Part shown: positions 60,784-64,000 of the stretch, piece by piece
How the letters are laid out: each line of letters opens with the position of its first letter
How positions within the stretch are numbered: position 1 is the first letter of the stretch
NCBI GenBank assembly: GCA_047947115.1
Contig: CP170459.1
Span: forward strand, 3,680,001 to 3,744,000
Source of the DNA: Verrucomicrobiota bacterium
Lineage (GTDB): Bacteria; Verrucomicrobiota; Verrucomicrobiia; Limisphaerales; AAA164-E04
Direction: 5' to 3'
DNA: 64,000 bases
Program-made: the position numbers and the translations under genes
Notes under the pieces: generated by a model
The model's database searches: none
Told to the model about the DNA's origin: nothing
What the model saw: the letters and a program-made list of their open reading frames with translations, nothing else

Positions 60784-61596
60784 ATGAATAGACGATTAAA
60801 ACTAATTGGGTTTGCCGCCCTCGTGGCCGGCTTTTGTTTCGGGAAAAGCTTCAGTCTTATGGCGCAGGAAGAGGAGCCACCTCCGATGTACATCAACATT
60901 GGCTTTTACAAAGTCGATCAGGAAAACAGGGCTGCCTATGAAATGTTGATGAAGGATGTTTTTGGACCCATCATGCAAAAACGGGTTGACGAGGGATGTC
61001 TTAACAATTGGATTTTTCGACGCGTTCTCCCCAATTCTTCGCTGTTCGGGGAATTCACTCATATGACGCTTGATGTCATGCTGCCTGGTGAGGAGGGGTA
61101 TTGGAATTGCGAGGCCAATCTGGAGGAGGTCTTTCCGGGGCTTAGTCCTGAGGTCAGGGAATATCTATACCAAGAGAAAAACAGTCTCAGAACCTTGGTT
61201 CAACGAGTTAGGACTTCCTATGTGGCTGGTTACACTTCGCTGACGCAGGCCCCCCCGATTGCCGTTTTCAATTTGAGTAAAACGAAATCCGACCAATACG
61301 AAGCTAAACATCGAGATGGATTTGCTGACTTTTTTGCCGAAGGGAGTAACACGGTGGCCTGCCACGCCATGAAGCGGATTGACTCCACGGCCTGGGCAAA
61401 ATGGGAATGGGACTACCTCACGGTTGACTGCTACGAGACTCCGGCAAAGATGCGCGAGCCCGTTCGCTTTCCGGCTGAAAAAAGTCGGTATTACCAAGAG
61501 AACTACGGTCCCGCCTCCGATCAACGGGATATTCTTATGCGTGCTGAGACCCGCCTTTTATTCGCCACGGAAAAAAAAGAGGCTCCCCAAAACTAA
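60784..61596 (+). CDS. Secreted protein with two alpha/beta (ferredoxin-like) repeats
   Basis: Signal peptide; YINIGFYKV...AAYE...W.F.RV...THMTLD paralleled by AVFNLSKT...QYE...HAM.RI...DYLTVD. Confidence 0.65.
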   Translation: MNRRLKLIGFAALVAGFCFGKSFSLMAQEEEPPPMYINIGFYKVDQENRAAYEMLMKDVFGPIMQKRVDEGCLNNWIFRRVLPNSSLFGEFTHMTLDVMLPGEEGYWNCEANLEEVFPGLSPEVREYLYQEKNSLRTLVQRVRTSYVAGYTSLTQAPPIAVFNLSKTKSDQYEAKHRDGFADFFAEGSNTVACHAMKRIDSTAWAKWEWDYLTVDCYETPAKMREPVRFPAEKSRYYQENYGPASDQRDILMRAETRLLFATEKKEAPQN

Positions 61597-61637
61597 GAGT
61601 AGGTCATTTTTAACAAACTGAGGCAAAAGGAAACGAA

Positions 61638-62216
61638 ATGCGATTTAAGCAAAGTTATTCGAGCATTCTTAAAGCGTTGTTTTTGAGTGTCACGCTGGGG
61701 GTTTTGTCATCGTCCGTTGTGACCGGCGCCGAACCGAGTCCTTCATTGAATCGTGAGTTGGCTCCTTTGTCGTGGCAACTGGGCACATGGAAGTGGTCAC
61801 AGCTTGAGGGTGATGTTGTGAATTCGGGCGTGGTGGAAATTCGTTCAGGCCTCAACGGGACGGCTATTTTTCATGACGGTCACAGCACTGCTGGGGGTGA
61901 GTTTCGCTTTCATGTGAGTGTGGCCTTTGATCCTCAGCGGGGCGTGCCAGTCGCGCGTGGTAGCAATAACCATGGGGAGGTTTGGCAAGATCTGGTGGGC
62001 CTATTCGAAGGCCGGTGTGTGATGAGGCGGACCTACATCAATGCAAAGCCGGTGATGAAAATCGATGGCACGCAATCGGAAGGTATGGGCATCCATACCC
62101 GCATCATCACTCAGACCAGAATCAATCATGACACCTGGAAACACGAGCAAGTGTTGATCCTTCCCTCAGGCAAGGCGGAGACACGCTTTGTTGCCCGCCT
62201 GGAAAGGGTGAAGTGA
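61638..62216 (+). CDS. Secreted single-domain putative beta-barrel protein
   Basis: Signal peptide; ELAPLSWQLGTW...AFDPQ...INHDTW...LERVK. Confidence 0.75.
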   Translation: MRFKQSYSSILKALFLSVTLGVLSSSVVTGAEPSPSLNRELAPLSWQLGTWKWSQLEGDVVNSGVVEIRSGLNGTAIFHDGHSTAGGEFRFHVSVAFDPQRGVPVARGSNNHGEVWQDLVGLFEGRCVMRRTYINAKPVMKIDGTQSEGMGIHTRIITQTRINHDTWKHEQVLILPSGKAETRFVARLERVK

Positions 62217-62331
62217 TCCGTTGAACGTTGGTTTTGTCCCCAGGCCCAGTTTTCTCACTCAAACCATTGGCAAGAATGACTAATCGGCTCTGTTGGCCCA
62301 TTGAATACAAACGACTGCTTACTTTCAAACC

Positions 62332-63636
62332 ATGAACCCTCGAACACTGATCTTACTCGCGATGTTGGTCTGCTCGGCGTCTGCCCTAGCGGCGGAGAGC
62401 GACGCGCCCCTATTGCATCCACAACTTAAGCATCATGCGTGGCAGTTGGGATCCTGGATGGCCAAAGGTGGCAATGGGAACCATTGGGTGATCAGTTTTG
62501 CGCCGGCACTGGATGGGAATGCGATTGTTCTGGATGGCAAGCAGATCGATCCTCATGGGGACACGGTCGGAAGTGTGCACGCGGTCCGGATTTACGATCC
62601 CGATCTGAAAGCGTTGGTCACTCATTTTAAGGGGGCCAACACCGAAGCGGCATGGAATAACGTCGGTACTATCAAGCCCGGCCTGACCAGTTTTCGAAGG
62701 ACGACTGTTGATGAAGAGGGTCAGATTCAAACCTTTCTCACTGTGGACAAGGAGATCGACGCCGAAACCTATCACAATTTCGGAGTCACGGTGGATGCTG
62801 AGGGAAACGCAACCGCTCGTGATCCTTGGGAGCACCGAAGGGTGACTCGGATCGTAAGGGCGATCGACCACGTCCGCGAGAATGAGGAAGCCTATGTCTT
62901 AAACCTGGCCGCCGGTGCTTATCAGTTCCGGCCTGAGCAGTGGGCGGCGTCCGATCTGGAAATGACCATTCCTCTGCTATCCAATGCGATTCAATCGAAT
63001 CCTAACAACGCCCGGTTACGCTCCGCTCGGGCAAAGATTCATCTGCTAAGACACGAGTGGGAGTTCGCGGCAAAGGATTATTTGAAGTTTTCTGAATTAG
63101 ACGAAAAGGGATTTAATGACGGACACCATGCCAGTTTAACCTGGATGGACGGGGCAGCGGCCCAGGTACAGATTGGCGATATCTCGGCTTACCAGACTTT
63201 TGTGGCGCGAATGTTGAACCGTTTTGGAGGCTCCATGAACTTGATGACCGTGGAGCGGGTCGCGAAATCGGCCCTGTTCTTTGAGTCGACGAAGGTGGAT
63301 TTAAAAAAGGCTGGTGATTTGGCGGATCTTTCTTTGAAGTTCGAATGGCCTCATGCCCGATTTGTAAAGGCCTTAGTTGAATACCGATCGGGGCGGTTGA
63401 AAAGCGCCGCGGGGTTTGTTGACGAATGTCTCGCTCGAGCACCCAAACAGCAACCTTTTCTTTCTATCCAAGCCAACCTCCTGGGAGCCTTGATCGCCAA
63501 AGCCCAGGGCAACGAAGAGAAACTTCAATCCCATCAGGTCAAGGCGGAGCGTCACATGAAGGACCGGGTTTATGGTTGGTTTCATAATAAGGTCATTGGC
63601 GAGGCCTTACTCAAGGAATTGAAGAGGGGTCTTTAG
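62332..63636 (+). CDS. Secreted putative beta-barrel plus TPR-like helical domain protein
   Basis: Signal peptide; QLKHHAWQLGSW...IYDPD...IDAETY...HRRV, then NAIQSNPNNARL...A.IH....W..A..DY helical repeats. Confidence 0.75.
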   Translation: MNPRTLILLAMLVCSASALAAESDAPLLHPQLKHHAWQLGSWMAKGGNGNHWVISFAPALDGNAIVLDGKQIDPHGDTVGSVHAVRIYDPDLKALVTHFKGANTEAAWNNVGTIKPGLTSFRRTTVDEEGQIQTFLTVDKEIDAETYHNFGVTVDAEGNATARDPWEHRRVTRIVRAIDHVRENEEAYVLNLAAGAYQFRPEQWAASDLEMTIPLLSNAIQSNPNNARLRSARAKIHLLRHEWEFAAKDYLKFSELDEKGFNDGHHASLTWMDGAAAQVQIGDISAYQTFVARMLNRFGGSMNLMTVERVAKSALFFESTKVDLKKAGDLADLSLKFEWPHARFVKALVEYRSGRLKSAAGFVDECLARAPKQQPFLSIQANLLGALIAKAQGNEEKLQSHQVKAERHMKDRVYGWFHNKVIGEALLKELKRGL

Positions 63637-63737
63637 ATAGAAGGCCATTAAGCTTGGGGAGACGTCCGATTTGGCGGTGATATCAGACTCCTCGACGAGG
63701 TCTCTCTGGAGTCGGACGGCTAACTTAGAAATTTAGA

Positions 63738-64000
63738 ATGATGAATCATAAAACAAACTTAATTGGATGTACCCTGATCGCGTGCCTGCTGTTTGCAGGC
63801 GGACGGATGATGGGTGAAGAAACGCTGCGTATGCCCTCGAGTTGGAAGGAGTTGGTGGCGTTTCGAATGGCCAAGGGGGATCTAGGGGAGTGGAAGGGAA
63901 CAGGTGTGACCACCGGGATCTGGGCGGGCATTCCGGCCGGCTTGGATTATGAAATATCCGAGAGCGTGGATTGGAACGCTGACCGGACGAAACTGTTGAA
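63738..64000 (+). CDS. Secreted protein, partial (runs off the window); probably another array member
   Basis: MMNHKTNLIGCTLIACLLFAGGRMMGEE...GDLGEWKG...SVDWNADRTKLL, no stop before 64000. Confidence 0.7.
   Translation, partial: MMNHKTNLIGCTLIACLLFAGGRMMGEETLRMPSSWKELVAFRMAKGDLGEWKGTGVTTGIWAGIPAGLDYEISESVDWNADRTKLL

Overview
This is a 64-kb bacterial chromosomal segment. Protein styles suggest a Verrucomicrobiota/PVC-type organism (inference only). About 1-43.1 kb is mostly core genes: a broken hybrid sensor kinase, a TonB-dependent receptor, metH divergent from msrAB, oppABCDF, an MFS permease, trmL, a sulfatase, an M20 amidohydrolase, a GH32 with a nonsense-interrupted sucrose-phosphate synthase/phosphatase fusion, gltA, a PPIase, serA, a NUDIX hydrolase, an atypical IscS-like gene, hisD-hisC, a CzcCBA-like heavy-metal RND operon flanked by His/Cys-rich small proteins, and nhaC. 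From 43.2 kb to the end is an accessory, IS-rich region: a MITE-like inverted-repeat element, a GT4/GH130/ptsP cassette cut by an intact IS630, IS1634 and IS3 remnants, an ECF sigma/Ser-Thr kinase pair, a decayed four-gene IS21-like element inserted in an IS3 remnant, and a tandem array of secreted, probably beta-barrel proteins running off the window end. The best candidates for undescribed biology are: (i) a possible metal-sensing leader ORF plus terminator ahead of the czc-like operon, (ii) the ECF/kinase pair with the secreted-protein array, (iii) the IS21 variant with two extra coupled genes, and (iv) an IscS paralog lacking the PLP lysine. No rRNA, tRNA or CRISPR array was seen. All family calls come from motif recognition, not database searches.
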